From Phycisphaerales bacterium (lineage in GTDB: Bacteria; Planctomycetota; Phycisphaerae; WQYP01): a stretch of 64,000 nt of DNA. Positions 56,556 through 64,000 of this stretch are shown in pieces. Positions within the stretch are counted from its first letter, which is position 1, and each line of letters opens with the position of its first letter. The notes below the pieces were generated by a model that was given only the letters and a program-made list of their open reading frames with translations, was not told the origin of the DNA and ran no database searches. The stretch is taken from the NCBI GenBank assembly GCA_013044165.1, contig JABEVB010000225.1:11854-75853 (forward strand), read 5' to 3'. The position numbers and the translations under genes were made by a program.

Positions 56556-57152
56556 TTAACCAAGGCCTAAAAAGTCTTTCATGTGCTGATCATAAACATC
56601 CTGCGCAGCCGGTTCCGTCAGATTCAGCCGCAGTTCGTTAATAACCTTCGTACCCTGACGTATCCAAAGCTGAAAGCACGCATTGCATACGCTGGCGTAA
56701 ATCTGCTCGCCCAAGGCCCCGCTGAACGGGCGCTCTTTCATCTTTGCCGCAATGCGTCCACATCGCCGACATTGAATATTGCCCGCAGCGGAGAGTTCTG
56801 GCGTGAGGGTCTCCTGGGTGGCGGCCGGCACAACAGCGCCCAGTTGCTTGAGCAGGTCGGCCATTTCGTTGCGCGGCAGCATATCGCCGCGCTCCTCCGC
56901 CACCTTATAGCCGCGTGTGAGCGTATCAATGGCACTATCGCGGTCACCAACGGCAATTTGCGACTTGGCCAACAGCGCATACGCAGGTGAAAGGCCTTTA
57001 TTAAGCGACACCGCCTGCATAAGCGCCGGCAGAGCCTCACGAGGCTGACCGGCGTCCAAAAGGGCTTTGCCCAGTGAAAAAAATGCCAAGTCGTTCTGCG
57101 GATCGGCTAGAACCATATTACGAAACCGCTCGATTTTATCTGTTTCTTGCAT
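56556..57152 (-). CDS. TPR-domain protein fused to a YggX-like Fe(2+)-trafficking / oxidative-damage-protection domain
   Basis: N-terminal TPR helices. C-terminal IQCRRCGR...PFSGALGEQIYASVCNACFQLWIRQGTKVINELRLNLTEPAAQDVYDQHMKDFL aligns by eye with E. coli YggX (IFCTFLQR...[53 protein letters not shown]). Start moved to the ATG at 57152 after AAAGGA. Confidence 0.7.
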   Translation of the reverse strand: MQETDKIERFRNMVLADPQNDLAFFSLGKALLDAGQPREALPALMQAVSLNKGLSPAYALLAKSQIAVGDRDSAIDTLTRGYKVAEERGDMLPRNEMADLLKQLGAVVPAATQETLTPELSAAGNIQCRRCGRIAAKMKERPFSGALGEQIYASVCNACFQLWIRQGTKVINELRLNLTEPAAQDVYDQHMKDFLGLG

Positions 57153-57302
57153 GCTATCCTTTAAACTCAATGCCCTGATTAGTGTAACCGACCTGCAGGC
57201 AAGGCACCAAAGCCTCCGCAGCGTGTGGCCATATAATGGACAAAACAACATACGGCCGGTTGTCGCGGCTTAACTGCCAAAGCAACCGTGCAGGCCAAGC
57301 CT

Positions 57303-58646
57303 TTAGCTACCGACAGAGCCCCCCACTTTAATGCCCAGAGGGATGGTTTTGTAAGCCACCGCCTCTTCAGGCGTGATTTTATGCTGGCGATGCGCAAATA
57401 CGCCAGGCTCTCGCGGCTGCAGGTCGGGAGCGTCCGGGCCGTCGTGCCGTTGCAGCACTGTGTAGTATTGATTGCGCTGGGCGGGTATCCAACCGCTGTC
57501 GCGGATCAGCCGGCATATCTGCGCCTCGTTGACTCGATGCGTTGTACCGGCACTGCTGACAACGTTCTCTTCCATCATAAGGCTGCCCATGTCGTTGGCG
57601 CCAAAAAAGAGTGCAAGTTGGCCAATCTTAGCTCCCATGGTAACCCAACTGCTCTGCATGTTCTGAAAATTATCGAGATAAAGTCGGGCCAATGCCAGCA
57701 TGCACAGATACTCGCTCGCGTCGGCAAGGCGCACCGTGCGCCCCTCGTCAAACTCAAAGGGCTGGCCTGCATCCGGGTTCCATTTTCGCTTTTTATCGAG
57801 CGGTGTATTGTCGGGCTGATAGGGCCAGTGAATAAATGCCGTGTAATGCGCCGGCGCATGAGCCAAGGACCAATCCTGTCGCTGGCGTAGTCGCGAGAGA
57901 TGATCGAGCCGGTCCTCAATGGTTTCGATATGACCAATCAACATGGTAGCGCTGGTATGCATTGCGAGCTTATGTGCTTCAGTCATTACATCGAGCCATT
58001 GTTCGCCGGTACATTTGCCCGGGCCAATGCGCAGTCGCACACGATCGGAAAATATTTCTCCGCCACCCCCCGGCACAGTGGCCAGGCCCCAATCCTTAAA
58101 CATGCGAAGCAACTCGCCCACCGGCAGGCGAAAGAAACGAGAAAATTCGACAAATTCCGGCGGGCTAAAGGCATGAATATGCACCTGCGGAAATCTGTCG
58201 CGGATGCTCGTAAGCAGTCCTTGGTAGTAGCTTAGCGGCAGGTCGGGGTTCATGCCGCCCTGCATCAATATTTGGGTGCCACCAATAGCCACAAGCTCGG
58301 CAATTTTTTCGTGGATGGCCTCATAGCCCAAAGCATAGGCGTCCGGAGCCTGCGGATCATTGCGCTTAAATGCGCAGAATGTGCAGCGTGCGGTACAAAT
58401 ATTGGTGTAGTTGATATTGCGGTCTATGACATACGTTCGATAATCTTGCGGATGCAGGCGCTGCACCACGCCAAAAGCCCAGTTTCCGAGCTGCGTCAGC
58501 GCAGCGTGCTGATACAACTCCAAAAACTGCTCATCCGTCAGTCTGGCCTCGCCCGAAACTACGGCAGCAATATCAAAGCTTGGCGCGTAGGTCGTGGGGA
58601 GGTTTGCCTGCCGGGTTAAATCTTCAGTAAGCTTGCGAATCATCAT
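57303..58646 (-). CDS. radical SAM enzyme of the futalosine menaquinone pathway (MqnC/MqnE family)
   Basis: NINYTNICTARCTFCAFKR (CxxxCxxC), LMQGGMNPDLPLSYY, VHIHAFSPPE. I cannot separate MqnC from MqnE by eye. Confidence 0.8.
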   Translation of the reverse strand: MMIRKLTEDLTRQANLPTTYAPSFDIAAVVSGEARLTDEQFLELYQHAALTQLGNWAFGVVQRLHPQDYRTYVIDRNINYTNICTARCTFCAFKRNDPQAPDAYALGYEAIHEKIAELVAIGGTQILMQGGMNPDLPLSYYQGLLTSIRDRFPQVHIHAFSPPEFVEFSRFFRLPVGELLRMFKDWGLATVPGGGGEIFSDRVRLRIGPGKCTGEQWLDVMTEAHKLAMHTSATMLIGHIETIEDRLDHLSRLRQRQDWSLAHAPAHYTAFIHWPYQPDNTPLDKKRKWNPDAGQPFEFDEGRTVRLADASEYLCMLALARLYLDNFQNMQSSWVTMGAKIGQLALFFGANDMGSLMMEENVVSSAGTTHRVNEAQICRLIRDSGWIPAQRNQYYTVLQRHDGPDAPDLQPREPGVFAHRQHKITPEEAVAYKTIPLGIKVGGSVGS

Positions 58647-58852
58647 CGTTCCAAATAAACATGGCCTTGCGGCCCAACGCCCCAAGCTCGTTCACCTTAC
58701 AACGGGACTTATCATAAGGTTTCAATGCCTTGGCTCGCAATGGCACGAGACTGGCTCAGGAAAGCTGCGGATTTGTTGCCAAGTAATCAAAAACCGGCGA
58801 AACTACGTCGGCAGGTACGGCCATAGCCATGCAAGACGCAAGGATTTGCCAA

Positions 58853-59680
58853 ATGATAGATACGCACCATCACTTCTGGCGATACAACCCTACGGAGTAC
58901 GGATGGATTTCTGATGCGATGTGCGCCATCCGTCGCGACTTTTTACCCGCCGATTTGCATGCTGAAATCCTCGCAGCCGGCGTGGACAGCGTTATAAGCG
59001 TACAGGCCCGACAATGTCTGGCAGAGACAAAATGGCTGCTGGACTTTGCCTCCCGCTATAAGTTTATCAGTGCCGTCGTCGGATGGGTTCCACTGATTGA
59101 CCCCAAGGTTGATGGCCTGCTGACCGAGCTTACCGCCGAACCGAAACTCCGAAGCGTACGCCATGTGCTTCACGACGAACCCGACGACAACTACATGCTT
59201 CGCGACGATTTTAACCGCGGAATCAGTGTCCTGGCTCGTTACGATCTGGCCTACGACATCCTCATTTTTGCCAGGCACCTGCCGCAGACGATAACTCTGG
59301 TAGACCGGCATCCCGATCAAGTGTTTATTATTGATCACATCGCCAAGCCCGATATTCGCGCCGGCAAACTAGAGCCTTGGCGAACGCAACTCCATGAGTT
59401 GGCTCGCCGTCCCAACGTTTTCTGCAAGCTCTCGGGCATGGTAACCGAGGCAGACTGGCGTAGCTGGACGCCCGCTACACTCGCCCCCTACGCCCAAACG
59501 GTGTTGGAGTGTTTTGGCCCCGACAGGCTTATGATCGGCTCCGACTGGCCGGTATGCCTCGTCGCCTGTGACTACACCCGATGGATTCGCACAGCCCGCG
59601 AACTTCTTGGGACTTTAAGCGCTGCTGAGCAGCACAAAATAGAACAAACAACGCCCCTGCGAGCCTACCACATTCGCTGA
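58853..59680 (+). CDS. amidohydrolase-2 family protein, L-fucono-1,5-lactonase-like
   Basis: MIDTHHHFWRY...YGWI, VQA, VVGWV, IIDHIAKPDI, FCKLSGMVTEADW, GSDWPVC. Confidence 0.75.
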   Translation: MIDTHHHFWRYNPTEYGWISDAMCAIRRDFLPADLHAEILAAGVDSVISVQARQCLAETKWLLDFASRYKFISAVVGWVPLIDPKVDGLLTELTAEPKLRSVRHVLHDEPDDNYMLRDDFNRGISVLARYDLAYDILIFARHLPQTITLVDRHPDQVFIIDHIAKPDIRAGKLEPWRTQLHELARRPNVFCKLSGMVTEADWRSWTPATLAPYAQTVLECFGPDRLMIGSDWPVCLVACDYTRWIRTARELLGTLSAAEQHKIEQTTPLRAYHIR

Positions 59681-59920
59681 ACTCGGCGGCGTTATTCAGT
59701 GAGTTTGCTGCATCCTCAAGCCGCCCTCGCGAGCCACTAAAGGGAAACAAAATCGCTACCCGGAGCGACTGGCATGTAGTTTATGGACAGTTGGGATTTG
59801 CGAACCAGCGTTTGGCAAACATATCCCATTATCCAGTCTGCACAAACGTAAAACGCGCCAGGGTGGCAAGAATGCCCTTCCAGTGGTACGATTTATCTTT
59901 TGGAATTGCGAGGTATCGAG

Positions 59921-60676
59921 ATGCCCTCTTTTATAACGGTTTCATCATTATTAGCACTGCACGCGATTGACCGCGATACGGTTGAGTTTCAGCGGCAACT
60001 GGAGTCGGTGCTGAAAAATCAGGTGTCGCTCCAGAGCCGGCTTGATGAATTTCAGCGTGTGCTGGGCGAACAGGAGGCCAGCCTGAAAAAGCTAAAGGTT
60101 GCCGAGGCCTCGGCTATGAGCGACATTGAGGCCCGCAACACACACATCAATAAGCTCCGCGAAACGCTTAACACAACCCGCACCAACAAGGAATATACCC
60201 CGCTTCTGGTTGAAATATCCGCCGAAAAGGCCGAGGTCGCCAAGCTGGAAACCGCCTGCGAACAAATCATGGAGCAGCAGCAGCAGCTTACCAAAGCCAT
60301 CGAAGCGACTGTAAAACAGATAGCGGACCTGCAGGCAACACTTAGCGCCATGCAATCACAAAGCGCCCATCGCGTTGAAGAACTTGAGACGAAGTTAAAG
60401 GCTCTGGCGGATAAACGCGCCTCAGCGGCGGCACTGGTCCCCAAAGATGCCATTAGACAGTACGATCGGCTGTGTCAGAAGTATCCTGGCGACGCCTTGG
60501 CCGTCGTGGAGTTTGCTGAAAACGACATGGAAAGCATTTCGTGTGGCGGCTGCTTTATGAACCTGAGCATCGAGGATGTCAACTTGCTTCGCGGTCGCGA
60601 TGAAGTGCGACGCTGCAACTCCTGCGGACGCATTTTGTATCTTTTAGACATGGCCCCGCAGGCACAAACGGCTTGA
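59921..60676 (+). CDS. COG1579-type coiled-coil protein with C-terminal C4 zinc ribbon
   Basis: Long heptad-like region, then CGGC-x25-CNSC. Start moved to the ATG at 59921 after GAGGT. Confidence 0.75.
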   Translation: MPSFITVSSLLALHAIDRDTVEFQRQLESVLKNQVSLQSRLDEFQRVLGEQEASLKKLKVAEASAMSDIEARNTHINKLRETLNTTRTNKEYTPLLVEISAEKAEVAKLETACEQIMEQQQQLTKAIEATVKQIADLQATLSAMQSQSAHRVEELETKLKALADKRASAAALVPKDAIRQYDRLCQKYPGDALAVVEFAENDMESISCGGCFMNLSIEDVNLLRGRDEVRRCNSCGRILYLLDMAPQAQTA

Positions 60677-60752
60677 GCAAAGAGCTGCCGTGCATAATAA
60701 GCCAACCTCGGTTAATGCTGATATTACTCCCGGCTTGGAACCAACGTGCAAC

Positions 60753-61202
60753 ATGGAAAAAACACCTGCGTTTCAACTTAACTTTGATGGTGGATCGCGC
60801 GGCAACCCGGGACCGGCGGGTATTGGCTTTACCATAGTAGACGCCCACGGAAACGTGGTGGATGAAGTGGGCGAATTTATTGGCCGATGTACCAACAATG
60901 TGGCCGAATACACGGCCTTGGTTAAGGGTCTTGAGGCAGCCATTGAGCGTGGAATCAAACATTTGATCATACGCGCCGACAGCGAACTGGTGGTTCGGCA
61001 AATTCAAGGCATCTACCGCGTAAAACATCCCGATCTAAAGCTACTTCATGCGCGGGCGGTGCAACTGCTTGCGAAAATACCAACTTGGTCGTTTGGGCAT
61101 GTTTACCGCGAAGCCAACAGCCGGGCCGACCAGCTCGCCAACATGGCCATGGATCGCCAGACACGCATTGCATTCTCAGCGCCGTTATCGCAGGCAAATT
61201 AG
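60753..61202 (+). CDS. rnhA: ribonuclease HI
   Basis: DEDD residues in FDGGSRGNPG, NNVAEYTAL, IRADSELVV, NSRADQLAN. Start moved to the ATG at 60753. Confidence 0.88.
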   Translation: MEKTPAFQLNFDGGSRGNPGPAGIGFTIVDAHGNVVDEVGEFIGRCTNNVAEYTALVKGLEAAIERGIKHLIIRADSELVVRQIQGIYRVKHPDLKLLHARAVQLLAKIPTWSFGHVYREANSRADQLANMAMDRQTRIAFSAPLSQAN

Positions 61203-61329
61203 CGTCGGGGTTGCAGTCTGCCATTCGCCAGCCAGAACGATGATTTATCTACGCTGGTTGACTCAAGCATTGGTGCGATACCAAACAGGTTGCGTTTGAT
61301 ATCAAACAGCCGGATGCGGCCCGCCCCAA

Positions 61330-64000
61330 TCACAAGCCCACACGCAGCCCCGCGGTATTGACGCGCACGGCAAATGCAAGGCCAAGCGAACCAGGGCGCA
61401 GCGAAATGCGCGATAATTCCGTCCGCAGGCGGTGAGCTTGGTCGGGGCCGGAGCATAAAAAGAACGCAAAACCTCCACCTCCAGCTCCGGACAGGCATGC
61501 GGCAAGATAATAGGGTCGGAGTTCTAAAAACAGTGCATCAATCGCTGGAGTAGTGGAACCCGCAAATAGCTCCTTTTTGATGCGCCAATACCGGTTTATC
61601 TCCGAGGCGCACGAGAGCCAGTCGGCATGTTCAAGCGCCGCGGCACAGGCCATGGCCGATTGCTTAAGCTCATTAAACAAAACCAACGCCCCCGGCTCGC
61701 GCGACAAATACCGCCCCATAACCTCGCGCAAAATATTACGTGCCAACCTCTGACGGCCTGTAAAGTAAACGACCAGCCGATCCTGAAAGTCCAGCAACTG
61801 CCGCGGATTTATTGGCACGCGTTTCACCTGCAGCCTTTGAACCAGTCCCGGGCGGGTGCTGATGAGCTTAACTCCGCCAATGATACCTCCCACCTGATCC
61901 TGCCAACCACCGCCTGCTCCCAAGACCTGCTCAAGCTGCAGCGTCTGTTCAAAGAGTTCTTCAGGATCGTTGCGTTGTCCAGTCGCACTGCGCAGAACCG
62001 CCAACGTGGTAGCTCCCAGGATGGAACTTGTGCCCATGCCGGAACCTTTGGGCAGATTGCTGGCGGTTGCCAACTCAAAACCACCGCCGTTGGGACTTAT
62101 GCGATTAAGCCAGCGCCGCTGCGAGGTTTCATGCGGCAATGGCAGCAGGCCGCAAAGCTGCATCGCTGCGCGATGCAACCCAAAAACATCTTGGGTATCT
62201 ATGGCGGTACGAAGTTGCTCAGGACTGCGTATAAGAAGCATACGGCCGAGATCACGCGATATCAGACGCACCACAGGCTCGTCAAGCGGCGTAAGCGAAG
62301 ACTCAATCGGCTCGACGTCATTAAGGTCAATCGCCACATTTACGACAGCGCCACCCTGTTCAAGGCAATAGGGAGGCGTATCACTCCAGCCACCCGAAAG
62401 ATCCAACCGCACGGGGGCCAAGGCTCTGATACGATGGGGCAGATGCTGCAGCGCGGTGGCCTGCGCTTTGTTTTTGGCACTAGAGACGGGGCCATTGACC
62501 GCATCGCGCACCGCCGCAAACGCCCCCTGCCTCAGGACGATCGGCGTGAGCTTACCTGCCGCGTCCCGCGGAAAAAGGGGCCGCGAAATGATCTCCGCCA
62601 GCGACCAGTTAAGCCGTGCTCGGGTGAGCGGACTCAGGGCGTCATTGGCGGCCTCTGCAGCGATGGCCTGCACAAGTTGACCATAGCCCCGCACGCCAAA
62701 TTGAGCGATAGTACCTTGCACGGACGACGCGGTATTACCTTTCACTGTCTGCAACCACTGCGTTGCTTCAAGCCGGCCCGCAATGGTGTCGCGATGCTCA
62801 GCCATGGCAGCGGCATCAACCAAGGCAAGGATTTCATGCATGGAGTATCGGCGAGCTTTACGCCAGGTGGCCCTCTGGGCTGCGGTTGCCGTCTGCGGTC
62901 GGGCAAGCCATAAAATGTCGCTCCAGTCCTCATTGGACCGCCACATGGGATAAAGGCGGGCTGTCCAAAGATTTCGCTGCTTTTCACCGGCAGGCCACAC
63001 ATCGCGCGGCCTCACCCGCGCGAGCTTAAGCCATTGATCGAGGGGCATGTTGCACAGGCTATGATCTGTTTTGGGGTCGTCATTGACGCCGCACACCACA
63101 ATTACCGTTCCATGCTGGCGCTCGATGCGAATCGCCGCACCATACACCAAAGTATTCGCAGGAACCCGAAGCACGCCGCTTGCAGCCACGGTTACGTTGG
63201 AAAGCATGGCTCCCGCTTCCAACACAACCGGAGAATTGACCAGGCAATTTTCAACCACGCTCTCACGCCCTATACGCGAATTTGCCGCGGCAATGACCGA
63301 TTGATAGACACGAGCCGTTGTCTTTGCCACGTTGGCCGCCAGACGCACATTCTGCTGAAACAGGCTGCAAATCGGGGAGTGATCGCGCCCGGTGACAGCA
63401 TCGCGGAATTGCCGCGTCGTTCCCAAATGCTGAAAGTACGATCGCGCCAACTCATGACAACGCAGGGGCGTGGACTCAAATGCCCGCTGCATATTCAAAA
63501 TAAGCGAGGCCCCAGGTTCACGAGGATTTGGCAGTGCAGCACCCAGTCGTGCCGCAGGAATAATGTCGGCGTATAAATCTATGCTGCGACGGTGGCGGCG
63601 ATTCCAGGCAGGCGTATAAACTGCGCCGAGATTACTTAGTTTGCTGGTGGCGGCAGAGTCAAAATGCACCAATCCCGAGTCAATAAGCACATTGCCCCGC
63701 TCATCCACTGCGCCGACGCGAGCCAATTCGCCAGCCGAGGCCTTCTGCAAAGTGGCGGCCACCAAAGGAAACGATGTCTTTGTGGCGTTGGCCCTGTTGT
63801 TACCGGACAAACTCGGAATAAATACGCCGTGCCCCTGTCCCAAGATAGCGGGCGCTCGAATGCCCAGTGCAGTGATGCCTGATGGCTGACTCGGCATGCC
63901 CCCACCATCAAAGAGCAAAAACACGTCGCCTGCGGCCACAAGCATTCCAGGCCCCAGTTTTGGCGGCAAGGGAGCGGTCATGAGGTACAGGTGGTCAAAA
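61330..64000 (-). CDS. bifunctional L-fucokinase / fucose-1-phosphate guanylyltransferase (FKP-like); 5' end beyond the window
   Basis: C-terminal GHMP kinase motif PKGSGMGTSSILGATT and GAGGGGFAFF. N-terminal fucokinase-family region (GMLVAAGDVFLLFD). The frame stays open from 63981 to the window edge, and the first roughly 130 residues expected for this family are missing. Confidence 0.8.
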   Translation of the reverse strand, partial: FDHLYLMTAPLPPKLGPGMLVAAGDVFLLFDGGGMPSQPSGITALGIRAPAILGQGHGVFIPSLSGNNRANATKTSFPLVAATLQKASAGELARVGAVDERGNVLIDSGLVHFDSAATSKLSNLGAVYTPAWNRRHRRSIDLYADIIPAARLGAALPNPREPGASLILNMQRAFESTPLRCHELARSYFQHLGTTRQFRDAVTGRDHSPICSLFQQNVRLAANVAKTTARVYQSVIAAANSRIGRESVVENCLVNSPVVLEAGAMLSNVTVAASGVLRVPANTLVYGAAIRIERQHGTVIVVCGVNDDPKTDHSLCNMPLDQWLKLARVRPRDVWPAGEKQRNLWTARLYPMWRSNEDWSDILWLARPQTATAAQRATWRKARRYSMHEILALVDAAAMAEHRDTIAGRLEATQWLQTVKGNTASSVQGTIAQFGVRGYGQLVQAIAAEAANDALSPLTRARLNWSLAEIISRPLFPRDAAGKLTPIVLRQGAFAAVRDAVNGPVSSAKNKAQATALQHLPHRIRALAPVRLDLSGGWSDTPPYCLEQGGAVVNVAIDLNDVEPIESSLTPLDEPVVRLISRDLGRMLLIRSPEQLRTAIDTQDVFGLHRAAMQLCGLLPLPHETSQRRWLNRISPNGGGFELATASNLPKGSGMGTSSILGATTLAVLRSATGQRNDPEELFEQTLQLEQVLGAGGGWQDQVGGIIGGVKLISTRPGLVQRLQVKRVPINPRQLLDFQDRLVVYFTGRQRLARNILREVMGRYLSREPGALVLFNELKQSAMACAAALEHADWLSCASEINRYWRIKKELFAGSTTPAIDALFLELRPYYLAACLSGAGGGGFAFFLCSGPDQAHRLRTELSRISLRPGSLGLAFAVRVNTAGLRVGL

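Noticed and set aside
61627-62913. 428-aa plus-strand ORF.
   Set aside because: Antisense to the FKP gene, whose GHMP and fucokinase motifs are unambiguous. The product is R/Q/H/P-rich low-complexity sequence.
1-64000. Search for tRNA, rRNA, tmRNA, RNase P, SRP RNA, CRISPR repeats, transposase or integrase genes and terminal inverted repeats.
   Set aside because: I scanned the intergenic regions by eye for T-loop-type GGTTCGAATCC-like motifs, the RNase P GAGGAAAGTCC motif, the SRP AGGAAGCAGCC motif and regularly spaced direct repeats, and found none. No ORF has recombinase motifs. A covariance-model scan would be needed to exclude divergent ncRNAs.

Overview
GC-rich bacterial chromosomal segment. 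It is most consistent with a Planctomycetota (Phycisphaerae-like) genome. Supporting signs are a DUF1559/H-X9-DG pseudopilin-like protein, a PEP-CTERM surface protein, many signal-peptide HEAT or propeller proteins, a futalosine-pathway radical SAM enzyme, and a dcw cluster with no ftsA/ftsZ. I can support about 50 protein genes. In the intergenic regions I read I saw no rRNA, tRNA, CRISPR array, transposase, integrase or phage genes, so this looks like core chromosome rather than an island. Main blocks: (1) 37-9000: housekeeping genes (folD, orphan ABC ATPase, trxB, RluA-family synthase) mixed with glycan and fucose genes. (2) 9.1-20.3 kb: an orphan imuA-like gene followed by a run of large secreted proteins of unknown function, then a DUF1559 plus PEP-CTERM pair. 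(3) 20.9-28.7 kb: ymdB-like, VWA membrane protein, DUF1015, ECF sigma with soluble ZAS anti-sigma, CHASE3-GGDEF. (4) 28.8-42.6 kb, minus strand: dcw cluster ordered ftsL-like, ftsI, murE, murF, mraY, ftsW, murG, murC, murB, ddl, ftsQ. (5) 43.4-46.4 kb: cysteine desulfurase, then a compact YdbH/YnbE/YdbL-like module. (6) 46.5-58.6 kb: a long minus-strand gene string containing an ABC-2 exporter with a GldG-like auxiliary protein and a HEAT protein, a phosphoesterase, a TonB-like protein, greA, a TPR-YggX fusion and an Mqn radical SAM enzyme. (7) 58.8-64.0 kb: fuconolactonase-like amidohydrolase, COG1579 zinc-ribbon protein plus RNase HI, and a fucokinase/GDP-fucose pyrophosphorylase cut by the window edge. 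The items I think most deserve a second look are the YnbE::YdbL fusion module, an unlisted 26-codon highly basic ORF with a strong SD, the incomplete dcw cluster (no murD, mraZ, rsmH, ftsA or ftsZ), an orphan imuA with an operator-like palindrome, and tandem TTTGCGCAAA palindromes upstream of the PEP-CTERM gene. All homology calls come from motif recognition by eye; no database search was run. Many ORF-track starts appear over-extended, and I moved them to internal ATGs that have Shine-Dalgarno-like sequences.
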